Below, piece by piece: positions 46,410 through 58,953 of a stretch of DNA of 64,000 nucleotides (positions within the stretch are counted from its first letter, which is position 1; the number at the start of each line of letters is the position of its first letter). Origin of the DNA: Hyaloraphidium curvatum SAG 235-1 (lineage: Eukaryota; Fungi; Monoblepharomycota); contig JAIVFI010000031.1 of NCBI GenBank assembly GCA_025558095.1, forward strand, positions 62,001-126,000, read 5' to 3'. Below the pieces are notes generated by a model. It made no database searches. It was not told the DNA's origin and worked only from the letters and a program-made list of their open reading frames with translations. The position numbers were made by a program, and so were the translations under genes.

Positions 46410-48298
46410 TCATCCACACTCTTCGCAGATGCAAATCACGCTGCTGCATCCCTCGCAGAACGGCATGCTGTCGGCGCCGCAAGTCCGGAGCCGAGACCGC
46501 CATCCTTCGATCGCCATCTCCCGGACAATGTGCTCGATGACCTGGCACGAGTAGCTGTTGCCGAGCTGCTGGTGACGCGTCAGGTTCGAGTCCTGGTCCT
46601 CAGTTCCGATGAGCGTGTAGTTGTCCGGGAAGCCGAGGAGGCGCTCCTCCTCCACGGGGTGCAGGGGCCTGACGCACGGATCGGGATGCGGCGACTTCCT
46701 GTAGGGCTGCAAGACCATATCCGGATCGTAGACAAGCGAGCCATGGGTTGACCTGTCCAGAGCAGCCGACAGTGAGCTTTTGGGCCGGCGAGCAAAACGT
46801 GGGGAACGAACCGCACGATGCAAAGTGCCTTTTTTCGCCACGACTCCAAAGGCTTGCCGCTCATGAGCGCGTCCAACATCGTTGGATCCGGAACTGCGCG
46901 CTGGAGCGGCTTCACTGCAAAGCAAGTCCAATCTGGAACCGTTGTCAGAGAGACACGCAGGGCTCGTTCAGCTTCACTCACAAACTCGGTCCCTCCTGCA
47001 TCCCGAAACACGATCTGCTTGGTAGCGCACAGGATAGACACCCAGCTCTTAGGGAATTAGGAGCATGAGGACCACGCAGCGTTCGCTCGAGAGCGCGACG
47101 ACTCACCTTTGGAAATGATCTCTAGGTCGTTGGCGGGCATTCCGTACACGTTCTCAACAACATAGCCGACTTTTCCGTCGCCGTTTCGTGAATTGAGCTT
47201 CCTGACCAAGGTCAGGATTCGTGGCTATTTGGAAGGAACTGAATGTGAGAAATGAAGTCGCGATAGCGCAGCCACGACTAACGATGTGGAAAAAGAGGCC
47301 GCTTCGGGATCCTTTGAGGCCCAGGCGGTCCGGTCCTTTGGCCTTTGAAAGATCTTGGCAAGGAAAACCGGCAACCACAACGTCGATCGGGCCCAGCTTG
47401 GAAAGGAGCTCCTCGGTGACGTTCTCGACCCCGCCTTGAAACTGGTTTAAGAAAAAGCTGCCACGAACGTCCTAATGGAAAGCTTACCCAGGTGTATGAC
47501 GTTGTCGTGGTTTTTGTCGAGCACCTGCACGCACCCCTGATCGATCTCGCACGAAAACATGCGCCCGACCTTGATCCCCGCCCGTTCCAGCCCCACACGG
47601 TCCCCGCCGATGCCCGTAAACAGCGAAAGCAAGCTTATTCCTTCGAATGACTCGCTGGCGAAACCGTTGGGGATCTGCGGAGGCTCGATCGTGACCGACG
47701 GGGGAGAGAGCACAGCTGGAGGCGGAGCGGTCTTTAGGAAGGGCTCGAGCTTGTCCGCCACGACGTCGAAATGGTCCGATGCAATCGAGAGATCAATCGA
47801 CACGCGCATGTGGAACTTGGCGTTTGCCGCTATGACGACGCTGCCCTTGACGAAAGACACCACTCCGAGGTCCAAAAGAGGGCCGAGATGGTGGGCAAGC
47901 GGCCTCGGCACGAAGCCAAGCTGATTCCGCTCTGTTTCTGACTCCGTAGAAGCACCTCCAGCGAGTCCATGATCGACATCGAGAGCGCGCGCGATAGCGA
48001 TCGCGTTCGCGTCGTGGGGATTGTCCCTTTGCCGCCGAAAGACCACCGCCTCGCCAACGACCGCTGCTTTCGCGCGAGATGCGTGCGCAAATGCTCCGGC
48101 AACTTGAATGGAAGGGAGTACGAAGGCGGTGGTCGGACCACGGGCCGAATGCGCTGAGGCGCCTTCGTCAGCCCGGCTCTTCTTTTCCGGGCGATCAGGC
48201 GGGGCGGAGCGACTGACACGCGGTGCGAGGAGCGAGCGAGAGGAAACAAAGCCTCCGAGATTGGGCGTCGCCGGCTGTTCCTCGCGTCTGCGCTTCAT
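46410..48298 (-). CDS. HIRAN domain fused to a DNMT3-like C5-cytosine DNA methyltransferase, 5 introns, C-terminal Cys cluster
   Basis: HIRAN: VAG...GEAVVFRRQRDNPHDANAI...LGFVPRPLAHHLGPLLD. MTase: LSLFTGIGG (I), SCEID (II), GPIDVVVAGFPCQDLS (IV), SGLFF (V), VVENV (VI), RRDRVYW (VIII), EERLLGFPDNYT...RHQQLGNSYSCQVIEH (IX-X). Confidence 0.88.
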
Positions 48299-48388
48299 CG
48301 CGTTGTCAGCTGTTCGTTCGAATCATCACGCGCGCCAATCAGGTAGACCAACAGGCAGAGCTTCGAATCCTACGACTACGATCAAGCA

Positions 48389-49854
48389 CTACAACTTAAC
48401 CATCATCTTCCCCTTGTTCCGCCCTTCAAACACGTCCTTGAGCGCCCGCCCAGCATTCTCCAGCCCTTCTCGCTCGTCGTTCAAGATCACCAGCTTCCCC
48501 GCGCGCTTCATCTCGACCATCTTCTTCATCATCCACGGAAACTCGGAGGCGTATGTCCTGCGACCCTCGGTGAGGCCAAGAAAGCTCGTCCGTCGAAACT
48601 ACGACTCACGTGAAGACGTAGCCCTCCATGCGGAGGTTCTTCCCCACGATGTTGAGGTAGTTGGAGGGTCCTGCAGGCTTGGCATCGCCGTATATCGAGA
48701 TGCCGCCGCAGAGCACGATACGGCCGTTCAACTTGAGGAGATCGAGGGCGATCTCGAGCGTCTCGCCGCCAACATTGTCAAAGTATTCCACGATGCCGTC
48801 AGGGCAAGCCGCCTTAAGGTTCTTGCGGAAGTTGGGCGCCTTGTCTGGAGGAGATGTCAGGCAAACAATAGAAGAAACCGAAAGCGGGCAAGGATCACAT
48901 ACAGTCGACGCACTTGTCGAACTTGAAGACCTCTTCCGCCAACTTGCACTTTTCCGGGCCGCCGGCGGTGCCGATAACCCTGCAGCCCAGATCCCGGTAG
49001 ATCTATCGGCACATTACTCGAGTAGAGTTCTCCCAGCCGACGGCGAAAGCGTACCTGTCCAGCAAACGAGCCGGTCGAGCCTGCAGCTCCGGAGACAAGT
49101 ACCGTCGAACCGGGCTTGAGCTTGCCGTCCGCAGCAAGACCGACCTTGTAGATGCCGACCTGGTGCCCGTGTCAATCAGCTCCGACGACAGGATGAGTTC
49201 AAAATCTCACCATCGCAGTTAGCCCCGTTAGCTGGAGACTAATCTGGTCCGCAGGAGAGATACCCTCGGGCAGACTAAAGAGGCAACGAGATGTCAGAAC
49301 GTCTTCTACCTGCCCACGTCCAATAATCTCACTTCAGCCTCCCAATCTCCTTCTCGTTCACAAGGGCGTACTCTTGCCTGGATCGAATTTTGTCAAGACA
49401 TACAATGAGACGGACTCAACGACAACGAGTATATACCATCCCGACATTCCCCTAACGAGGTCCCCGGCCTTGAACTTCTCCGACTTGCTCTCCACCACGC
49501 GAGACACGGTGCCGCCCCTCATGACCGAGTTGAGGGGCACAGCCGGGACGTAGGTGTCGTAGGTCATCCTTTCCGGAGGAACGATGAAGGCCAGGGCCAT
49601 GAGCGAAGGCCAGGCGTGGGAATCGCCGGCGAGTAGAGACGATGAGCTAGGTCCCAGCTCCCGCATCGCTACGAATCTCGCGCCCACCATCCTCGCATGG
49701 TCGGATCCAACGAAAGGTAGAGGTTCCGCACGACGACATCCCCGGGTTTTGCTGCCTTGGGCACCTCGGTCTCCCGGAGCTGGAACAGCTTTTCAGGCTG
49801 CAGGGGCCCTGGTTCCGGCCGCGCGACCAGCATGATCTGCCGGTTCTTCGACAT
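48389..49854 (-). CDS. NADP-dependent MDR oxidoreductase (prostaglandin reductase/CurA-like), many introns
   Basis: RNLYLSLDPTMRGW, VMRGGTVSRVVES, VSGAAGSTG, YFDNVGG, GRIVLCGGIS.Y and GRNKGKMMVKL. Confidence 0.88.
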
Positions 49855-50319
49855 CGCGCACACTGTTGGCGAGACCACGGAGATTGGAGCAGGAGCAGAG
49901 ATGCAGGGAGACGTTCCGAGTCGGCAGAACGGAACTGCCGCCGACGTTGCGCCGACGCGATCGATCATGGTCCAAACAAGCACCCCTGAAGCCAGTCATA
50001 GGGTCAGAAAGCGATTCATTTGTCAATCAACATCATAAGAGCTATTCTTGCTGTAGGGCGATTCGCCCTCTGATGGAGCGCTTCTCCTCATTTGGAGATA
50101 GCTCCACTCACGTTTCCTTCACCACGGCCAGTTTCGCGGGATCGTAGAGCTTCGCATCGTCAACCTCCTGCAGCGTGCTTTGCAGCCTCCTGAGCGGGGA
50201 GCCGCATACCCTCGGAGGCCACGCGGTCGTTTCAGTGTTTCCGGAACGCGTCGCGAAGTCCCTCCTCCTCGATTGTGTCCTTCACTGCCCTCTCGTTCCG
50301 TACGTGGGCAGCTTTGAGA

Positions 50320-51645
50320 ATGTCTTCCAACGCGTCTGCGGAGCCCACGATGGCGGCGATCGCCCCGCGGGCCGAGGAGATCGTCACTCAGGCTGTCGTT
50401 GCCGGCGACGCGTGCGGCCGGCAGCTCCTCGCCGCGTGTCGTAGGATGTGGGAGACCGTCGGGGCGCCGCAGGAGGACAAGGACGCCGCGGCCGCGGGCA
50501 TGGAGGCGGCGCTGCTGGAGGCGGGCGAGGAGCTGCCGCGTTTCGCGCTCGCCTTTGCCCTCTGCCGCGAGCTCTCGGAGACCAACCGGCTGCCGCAAAG
50601 CGTGGAGAACCTTTCGAGCACGTTTCCGGACCTCGTGCTCCCGCCGACCTCCGAGGCCGGCGGGGCGGACCATTTCGCCCTCTTGCGGAGCATCTACACG
50701 ATCAATGCCTCGGCATTGAAGCGGATGCTCCTCGTGCCTTTGGATCCCTACGTGCAGGCCGGTTTCGGGCTCAAAGTTCCACTTGGGCTGGATCCCACGC
50801 GGCGGTGGCACCAATTGTGCTCTCCCGGCTTTGCCGCCCTTCCCATGGTCGAAGCCGCCGCCTTCCTGACCTCCGAAACTCGCGCCTTGTTCGGCCATTT
50901 CGTCCCGGCGATCATGATGATCCTCGCCAAGGCGCCCAAGGTGCGCCGCAAGATGGCGTCGGACACGGAGATCGCCGACGCCCTGACCGCGCTCGCGACG
51001 GACCTTTCCGAGCTCGTGATGGCGACAAAGGTCCGCAACCAGGCGCTCTGCGAGTACTACGACATGTACATCAGCGGGCACCTCAAGGCGATCTGGGTGT
51101 TTGCCCAGGAGGACCCGGAGGCGTACCGCGCGCACGTCTCGTCGGACGCGCGGACGGCGCGGCCGCTCCCGGACGGCACGCTGCTCGATCCGGCGAGGAA
51201 GCTCGCGGAGCAGCCCCGCGGGACGCTGTTCGGCTCCGTAGCCGCGCTCGAGGACGCGCTGAAGAAGCGCGGCGGGAGGCCCGGCGGGGACGCGGCGAGG
51301 GACGCGGCTGTGGCCCGCATGGCGCTGGCCCGGATCGCGTTCCCGGACAAGTTCGCGGCCGAGATGGGGAAGGAGGCCGCGACGTTCGTGTCCACGGTCG
51401 GCGTGGGCATGAGCAACTCGGGGCCGATGGGGAACGCGGCTTTGTGCGGAGAATGCGGGGCAAAGGCGACCAAGGACAAGAAATTGCAGCAGTGCTCGAG
51501 GTGCCACGCGACGTGGTATTGCTCCCGGGAGTGTCAGAAGGAGGCGTGGAAGCTGCACAAGGATCGATGCGGGAAGGAAGGGGACGAGGTGATCCAGCTC
51601 GGCGAGTCGCTCAACACTGCCCCGGCGGCCACAAGCAAATCTTGA
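50320..51645 (+). CDS. MYND-type zinc finger protein
   Basis: C-terminal CGEC...LQQCSRCHATWYCSRECQKEAWKLHKDRC. Confidence 0.85.
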   Translation: MSSNASAEPTMAAIAPRAEEIVTQAVVAGDACGRQLLAACRRMWETVGAPQEDKDAAAAGMEAALLEAGEELPRFALAFALCRELSETNRLPQSVENLSSTFPDLVLPPTSEAGGADHFALLRSIYTINASALKRMLLVPLDPYVQAGFGLKVPLGLDPTRRWHQLCSPGFAALPMVEAAAFLTSETRALFGHFVPAIMMILAKAPKVRRKMASDTEIADALTALATDLSELVMATKVRNQALCEYYDMYISGHLKAIWVFAQEDPEAYRAHVSSDARTARPLPDGTLLDPARKLAEQPRGTLFGSVAALEDALKKRGGRPGGDAARDAAVARMALARIAFPDKFAAEMGKEAATFVSTVGVGMSNSGPMGNAALCGECGAKATKDKKLQQCSRCHATWYCSRECQKEAWKLHKDRCGKEGDEVIQLGESLNTAPAATSKS

Positions 51646-51791
51646 TGAGCAGGATACCATTATCTCACATTTGTACAGTGCCACAGAATACGATACGGAT
51701 GAAGCCACATACTTGAGAGTCGAAGCATACAGTTACACGGCGTAGAGTGAGCAGTTCGAAAGTGTCCAGATCAACACCGGTCGGAGCAACG

Positions 51792-52770
51792 TCAGAGGAG
51801 CCAGTCGTCCGATTCCATCTCCATGTCCTCGCCCTGCCTTTTCTTCTCCTTCTCGACCTTGATCTTGGCGCCCGGCCGCACCCTCCCGGTCTCCTTGCCC
51901 CCGATCGCGGCAAAGTCAGCGATCGCGGCCACGAGCTCGTCTTCGTCGTCGTCCCGGCGCGGGTGCGGGGTCTTGACCCCCATCACCGACGGCACGAAGG
52001 GCTCGGGCTTGACGGCGGACTTGCCCTTGCGGCGGCGGAGGGTGAGCGAGTCGCGGGCCTTGGCGATCAAGCTGGTGGAGGCGGCGGCTTCGTCCTCGTC
52101 CGACGACGACCACGGCTTGCCGATCCCCGAGATGAACGAGTCCACGGTGACTTCGCCTTCGCCGAGGGACGATCCCGAATCGGAACCCGTGTCGTCGACG
52201 GCGAAGCTCGGCTCCCTCGATCCCGCGGCGAGCTTGGCGAAGCGAGCGAGGCCGGCGGCGAACGCAGAGTAGTTGATGCGATCGTCGTCCGCGTCCGACA
52301 ACGGGTGGGCGGCGGGATCGGAATCGACGACAGAGGCGGGCAGCGAGTAGGGGTCGATCGTGGCAGGCACGGGCTTGGAAGCTCTTGCGGGCTTGGCGGC
52401 GGCGTCGTCGTGGAACACCTCGAACGTGCGGCTCGCGGTCTTGCTCTGCATCTTCTTCGGCACGGCGGGCGCTGGCTTCTGCGGGTTCACGTCTTCGGGG
52501 CCCTCCTGTCAGCGCTGACCAAACTTCCACCCCGCGCGACTTACCGCGGTCGCGCAGCGCCTTGGATTTCTTCTCCTCTGCGCCGCGCTTGGCGTCGTCC
52601 GCACTTGCGCTGCGGCGGCGATCCTTCGCGCCCTTTTCGGCCTGCGCCGGCGGGGCCTTCGCACCGCGCGCGGCGGAGTGGTTCTCGTCCGCCGCGCGCT
52701 GCGCACGCCGGTGCTTGTACGTCGCGGTCTGCGCGGCGCGGAACGACGGCGGGAGCGGCGAGTCGGACAT
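51792..52770 (-). CDS. Hypothetical low-complexity protein, one intron near 52507-52545
   Basis: MSDSPLPPSF...KSKALRDR exon, GTAAGT donor, then an acidic/Ser-rich second exon ending DDWLL*. Confidence 0.55.
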
Positions 52771-52913
52771 GTCTGAGGCGCGGAGCGGGGAAGAGACGGA
52801 GGAGTGTTGGAGGTTGGTCGCGCCCCTTGATCGCTGACGAGGCGCGCCCTCTCTCGTCCCCCACGGATTGATCAACTGTTCGCAATTGTTCGAAGAGGCG
52901 CTACAGCCATCCT

Positions 52914-54108
52914 TTACAAAGTCGCTTCGGCGCCCTTAATGCCCTGGAAGAGTTCGTATCCGCTCACATAGTCCAGATCCACGACCTCCACCTGTCGAGG
53001 GCGGAAAATCAGCCAATGCCCTACATAGGAACGTTGCGCGAAATCACCTTTCCCTTGGTCCTCTTCGACACCTCCTTGCCGACAATGGACAGATCCAGCT
53101 TCTTTCCCGAAAAGCCCGGCAACCAGTTGTCGTGGTGCCCGACGATGACCCTCTTGAGGCGCGGGAGGAGGAGCTCCGCCTGATCGGCGCCAAATCCGGC
53201 CAACGATCCCTGCAGGGGCTCGCCATTCTTGTTCGGGCGTCCGGCCTGCAACGATCGGAAAGGGTCAGATGTCGCCTTCGAGGCAGCAATCAGATCTTAC
53301 CAAGGCAAAGATGGCGACGTCCGTAGGCGGCGCGTGGCGCTCCAAGATGCCCGTCCAATGACCGGAAGTGTCTTGGTACAGCAGGGTTCCGAGCGGCGTC
53401 TCGAAATGGTAGAGGAATGCCCCGCCGTCGCCTTTCGCCTTTTGGTCGGAGACCCGAAGGTGCTCCCTGGCCTCCTCTCCAATCGTGAGCATGTTCTTGA
53501 ACATCTCCCCCAGCATCCGCTGCCTCTCGTGCCACGGGATCCCGAGCTCCCCGATGCACACCTCGTCCGCGGGCCCGCCCATGCCGCCGCCCTTGACCCA
53601 AACGCACGAGTGCAGGCTGGGGAGCACGTTGACGAAGACGTCGCCGTAGAGCTGGATCCGCTCGCCGCCGGCGACGTGGATGAGCTGCTTGTCGGGGACG
53701 CCGCAGGTGCGCATGATGCGGCAGGATTCGTACGATCCGATTATGGTGGCGCCCGTGCGGAGGGCGATCCGCTCGGCTCCCCAGAGGTGGTCGAAGTGCG
53801 AGTGGCCGACGACAATGAAGTCGGCCTCGTCGATGTGCTCGGGGAGGATCAGGGGGTCTGGAGCGCACCGGTCGAGGAGCTTCAGCTGGGCCCGACGACG
53901 CCCGCTTCTGGAACCCACCAGGCTTGTCTGCGTTGTCGACGCGGTCCAGGTACGCATCCAGGAAGATGACGAGCGGCTTCGCCCTGCCGGCGGCCGGCAG
54001 CGTGAGCCGATACGTGGAGCATCCTGCGGGCGACAGGTCGTCAGCCCGGGACGGACGGGAAAGAGAACGCGAGGCATCCGCACCGAACCAGTCGAGCTTT
54101 GCGGCCAT
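52914..54108 (-). CDS. Metallo-beta-lactamase-fold hydrolase (UlaG-like), copy 1
   Basis: LDWFG, IFLDAYL, GHSHFDH, PSLHS, YQDTSG and GHHDNW across 4 introns. Confidence 0.88.
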
Positions 54109-54506
54109 CTTGACGGTGCGGTATGATGAAGAGAAGAAGAACGCGATGTATGATGTACTTCTCGGCTGCGGCTCTTTATTTTCGGCTGTCCGGCTGATGG
54201 GGGATCTTGGTTACTCCGCCCGCGCAGGGACCAGCGGCGGCCCGCTTCGCCGTTCTGCCGCCTCCTCTTTCAGCTTCCCCCGCACTCATGCTGCGGCGTG
54301 GGAACAAGAAAGGGCCTGTTTTTGCGCCGCATCCTCCGCTCGTCTACGGTGGCAACGAATCTTCCCTACGAAGTCAAAGACCCGTCGCGCCAAGGAAGTC
54401 ACGGCGCGGTGGCCCCCAGTCACCCAAGCCCGCCGAGACACAGCAGAGAGGGGTGGCGAAGGAAGGAGGAAGGAAGGAAGGAACATCTATCTTCAGCGCT
54501 GTGCTT

Positions 54507-55714
54507 TCACAAAGCAGCGGCGCTCTTGATGCCCTGGAACACCTCGTACCCATTCACGTACGGCAAGTCGAAGATCTCCACCTGGAAAAGCCCCGTGCTC
54601 GGATCAAGACGTGTGCAACGAATGACATGGCGAACCCACCTTTCCGCCCGTCCTTTTCGACACCTCCCTGGCCACCGGCGCCAGGTCCGTCCTCGGGGCG
54701 GAGAAGCCGGGGAGCCAGTTGTCATGGTGTCCTACGATAACCCTCTTGAGCCGGGGAAGGAGGAAAGCCGCCTGATCCGCGGCGAAGCCGGCCAGAGATC
54801 CCTGCAGGGGCTCGCCGTTCGAGTTTGGCCGGCCAGCCTGAAGCGGTCCGAAACAGTGAGCCTTCGGCCATCTCTGACAAGCAGCAATGATGTACTCCAC
54901 CAGAGCAAAGATCGCGACGTCAGTCGGCGGAACATTGCGCTCCAGGATGCCCGTCCAGTGGCCGGAAGTGTCCTGGTACAACAGGTTCCCGTGCGGCGTT
55001 TCGAAATGGTAAAGCATGGCCCCGCCGTCGCCATGGGCCTTCTGGTCACTAGCCCGAAGATGCGCAATGGCCTCGGCCGGCATCGTCATCATCTTCTTGA
55101 GCAGCTCGCCCAGCATGCGCTGCCGCTCATGCCAAGGCACGCCCAGCTCCCCGATGCACACCTCGTCCGCGTTCCCGACCATGCCGCCGTCCTTGACCCA
55201 CACGCAGGAATGCAGGCTCGGGAGCACGGAGACGAAGACGTCGTCGGCGAGCTGGATCCGCTCGCCGCCGCCGACGGGGATGAGCTGCTTGTCCGGGATG
55301 CCGCAGGTCCGCATGACGCGGCAGGATTCGTAGGATCCGATGATGGTGGCACCGGTGCGTTGGGCGATCCGCTCGGCGCCGTAGAGGTGGTCGAAGTGCG
55401 AGTGGCCGACGACAATGAAGTCGGCCTCGTCGATGTGCTCGGGGAGGATCAGGGGGTCTGGAGCGCACCGGTCGAGGAGCTTCAGCTGGGCCCGACGACG
55501 CCCGCTTCTGGAACCCACCAGGCTTGTCTGCGTTGTCGACGCGGTCCAGGTACGCGTCCAAGAAGATGACGAGCGGCTTCGCCCTGCCGGCAACCGGGAG
55601 GGTCAGCCTGAACGTGGCACATCCTGCGGGAGACAGACGACGGAGATTCGTGAGATAGGCTACAGGAAGACAACAGGACGCGTCCGTACCGAACCAGTCG
55701 AGCTTCGCGGCCAT
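54507..55714 (-). CDS. Metallo-beta-lactamase-fold hydrolase (UlaG-like), copy 2 (tandem paralog)
   Basis: Same motifs and intron positions as copy 1. Confidence 0.88.
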
Positions 55715-56007
55715 GGTAGCGTGTCGATGCAGGGAAAACGCAGATGCCGCCGCTCTGGGTCCGGGCTGCTCCGTCGGTTACTCCGGGAGGGACCAGGCAG
55801 CCCGTTCTGCCGCCTCCCAACTTCATCGACAAGCACGCCATCATTGCTTTCACTTCATCGACCTGTCAAGTCATTGATTCCGTTTGTACAATCCACATCC
55901 ACCTTCTATCACCCGCGACCATGAACGATGCACGCCCCCGCTCGCCGCCGCACCCTTCCCGACGCGCCCGGCCCGTCCCAACATGTCCAGCCAGTCCAAA
56001 TGCCAGG

Positions 56008-58953
56008 TCATGCCACGTAGGAGTACATGTCCTTCTGCGACTGTAGGGAGAGAGTGAGTATAGGATGGCAAGCGCGGCGGACGGACGACCAACCTCGGTC
56101 CGCTCGATGTACTCCTTCTCGAGGAGCATGTCGATGCACTTCTTGATGTCGGCCACCTTGGGCTTGAAGCGAGACTGCAGCTGCGCGATGACCTCGTTCA
56201 TGAGCGTCACGTGCTTGAGCGCCTTGCGCGTCTTCATGATCCGGACGATGGCGGCCTGCGGTACCCAATGAGCAACCTTCCCCGCAAACCAAGAGGCAAA
56301 ACAAACCTGGATCAGGAGCTTCCGGTCCTCCTCCACGTTCTTGTGCGTGTCCTCGCTCTCGGCCTTGACCTCCGACTTGACCGGCATGTTGAGGTTGATC
56401 CTCAGCTTCTTGCTCTTGAAGTCGTGGTTGAGCTCGTACTTGGATCCGGCCTCGCCGAGCTGCCCCTCGCCCGCGAGCAGGAGCACCTTGGCCTTGAGCA
56501 GGATGCCGAGCTGGCCCTGGAGCACCTCGGGGCTCAGCCCGGTGCTCTGGACGAGCTCGTCCCAGGTGTACGAGGTGTCCTTGTTGTACTGCAGGAGGAT
56601 GCCCATCTGGTAGGTGGACACGGTGAAGGTGGGCTGGACCTTCATGCCGCGGAGGTACGAGGTCTTGAGCTCGCCCTTGGAGAGCTGGAAGAGCCAGTTG
56701 AGCTTGCGGCCAGAGTGCTTCTGGCTGTAGAAGTTCTGGAAGCGCTCAAAGGTCTTGATCATCTGTGGATCGGCGACCAGAAGAACACAATTAGCACAGA
56801 CCGCCATCGTGTCCCCGTCCGACCCACGTCGTCGGGGATGTTGAACCCGCTGGACGGAGCCTGCAGCGGCCAGCTGGCGGTGCCGAGCACGAGGATGTTG
56901 AAGTCGAGCAGCTCGTCCTTGTCGTGATTCTGCTCCATCTGCGTCCTGTGGGCAATCAAGAGCAACAAATCAACGAAAGATTCCGCAGACTTGTAGCCGC
57001 ACACCCACCTGAACGAATCGTTCAGGTCCTTGCTGATGCTCATGTCCGTGAACATGCGCTGCAGCTTGCCCGTGTACTCGAACCCGCAGGCCTCCTTGAG
57101 CTTGGTGATCATGGAGGCCTCGGCGTCGTCCGAGGCCGAGGTGGCGTTGACGAGCCGCTTGGCGAGCATCTTGGAGTAGAACTTCTGGAAGACGTCCTTG
57201 TCCTCGACGTACTTGAACACCGTCATCTGTGGGTGACACGACACGCTTTGTAAGCCTCTTTCGATGCCTACCGGCCGCGGCCGAGCACCCACGATGTTGT
57301 TGAGCACGTCCTCCACGGCCGTCTCCTCGGCGACTTTGCTGCTCTTGCGCAGCAGCGTGTCGCAGAACTTGGCCAGCAGCTCCGGGCTCTTGCTCGAGTT
57401 GGACTTGCACACCTTGTTCCGGTTCACGAACTCGCGGCACGCCTTGTCCAGCGACGCCACGAACCCGGCCTCGTTCTTGAACGCCGTCTGCACGAGCTCC
57501 GAGTACTTGCGGTGCACGCCCAGCAGCGCGTCCACGTAGGCCGCCGGGTCCACGCCGCCGTCGGCCGCCGCCGCGCCCTCGCCCTCGCCCTCCTCGCCCT
57601 CGGCCTTCTTGCCCGCCGCCTTCTCCGCCGCCGCCGCGGCACCCGCGGACGCCTCCACCCGCTCCACGGCCGCGAGCCCCTGCCTCCGCACGTGCGCCTC
57701 GAACCGCGTCCGCAGCGGCTCCAGCCCCTCGGGCACGCGGTTCAGCAGCGCGTACATGCGCTGAAGGTCCTCGACCTTGTCCTGGTCCAGCAGGTTCTGG
57801 AACTCCTCCTGGATCGGGCCCGTGTGGTTCTTGATGAGCACCGTCTCGCACGTCGTCATGAGGGGCTTGTTGGTCGACGTGTGCAGGTACATCTGCACCC
57901 GGGACTCCTCCTCGGCCAGGCGCGCCTCGGCCTTCTTCATGTAGTCGGGGATGCTGTTCTCCGAGATGAACTTTTCCGACTCGGCCTTGTAGTAGGCCTC
58001 GGTGGCCTGGATGAAGGGCGTCTCGAAGTGCGTCTTGTACACGTCCAGGGTGGTCTTTTTCGAGTCGTTCTCGTCCAGACCGAGCGCGACTGTGGGAAAC
58101 ACAACCAAAAAATGATCAGCGTCATTACCGGGGACCAAAGCGTGGCGATGCCCACCGAAGCTGTCCACGACGCACTTGACCAGCGACGTGTCGATGGTCT
58201 CGCCGTTGCGCTGCCGCTCCACCAGCTTGAGCACCGCGTTCATCACGTTCCCCTGCACCGACATGAAGAGGTGGTCGCGCCACGAGACGAGCGAGAGCTG
58301 GAGGAGGGGGAAAACGCGTGCAGAAAAAGGCGGGACGCGTGAGTGATCTGGTCCGAAAACGCGTCGCGGGAAAGCCCACCGTGTAGACCTCGTAGATCGT
58401 CTTGTGCCCCTCATCGATCTCCCGCTTCACCCAATGCCGGTTCAGGTACCCGAACAGGTGGTGCACGACCATGGACGCGAGCGTGTACTTGTTCCAGCGC
58501 TGGGTGTAGAACGAGAGCAGGGCCTCGTCCGAGAAGCGCACCGACTCGTCCCGCAGCCCGAGCAGGTGCTTGCGCAGGTACTCCTTCAGGTTGTTGTACA
58601 GATCGGCGCCCATCAGGTTCGCGCCTGGACGGGGGGGGCGTCGCGTGAGAAAGGGGAACGCGGAACGCGAAACGCGGGAGGGAGCCCACCCCTGTGCGCC
58701 GACGCCTGCAGGGCCAGCGAGTGGCTCGCATCGTGGTTCATCCTGCTGCTCGTGCAGTAGTTGTAGATGTCGGTGTACAGCTCCATGTATCGCTTGTGCG
58801 GCAGGCCTTGCTCGAGCCGGGTCATGACCTGGTCGAGGCCGTCCTCGAGGGCGCGCCACGTGCTGCGGGGGCGGCGGCATCAGATCTGCGGCAGTGCGGA
58901 GGCGGCGGCGGGCGCCTTGTGGCGACGCACTTGGAGATGTTGGCCTGGGCCAT
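56008..58953 (-). CDS. CUL1: Cullin-1 (SCF scaffold), multiple introns
   Basis: YMELYTDIYNYCT, GANLMGADLYNNL, YLNRHWV, SPELLAKFCD, FKYVEDKDVFQKFYSKMLAKRL, HSGRKLNWL, AAIVRIMK (neddylation site) and LLEKEYIER. Confidence 0.96.

Noticed and set aside
50119-51708. Long antisense or alternate-frame ORFs (also 4867..6312, 5210..7171, 30953..32488 5' part, 59772..61178)
   Set aside because: Arg/Gly/Pro-rich shadow ORFs expected from GC3-biased coding on the other strand or frame. No motifs.
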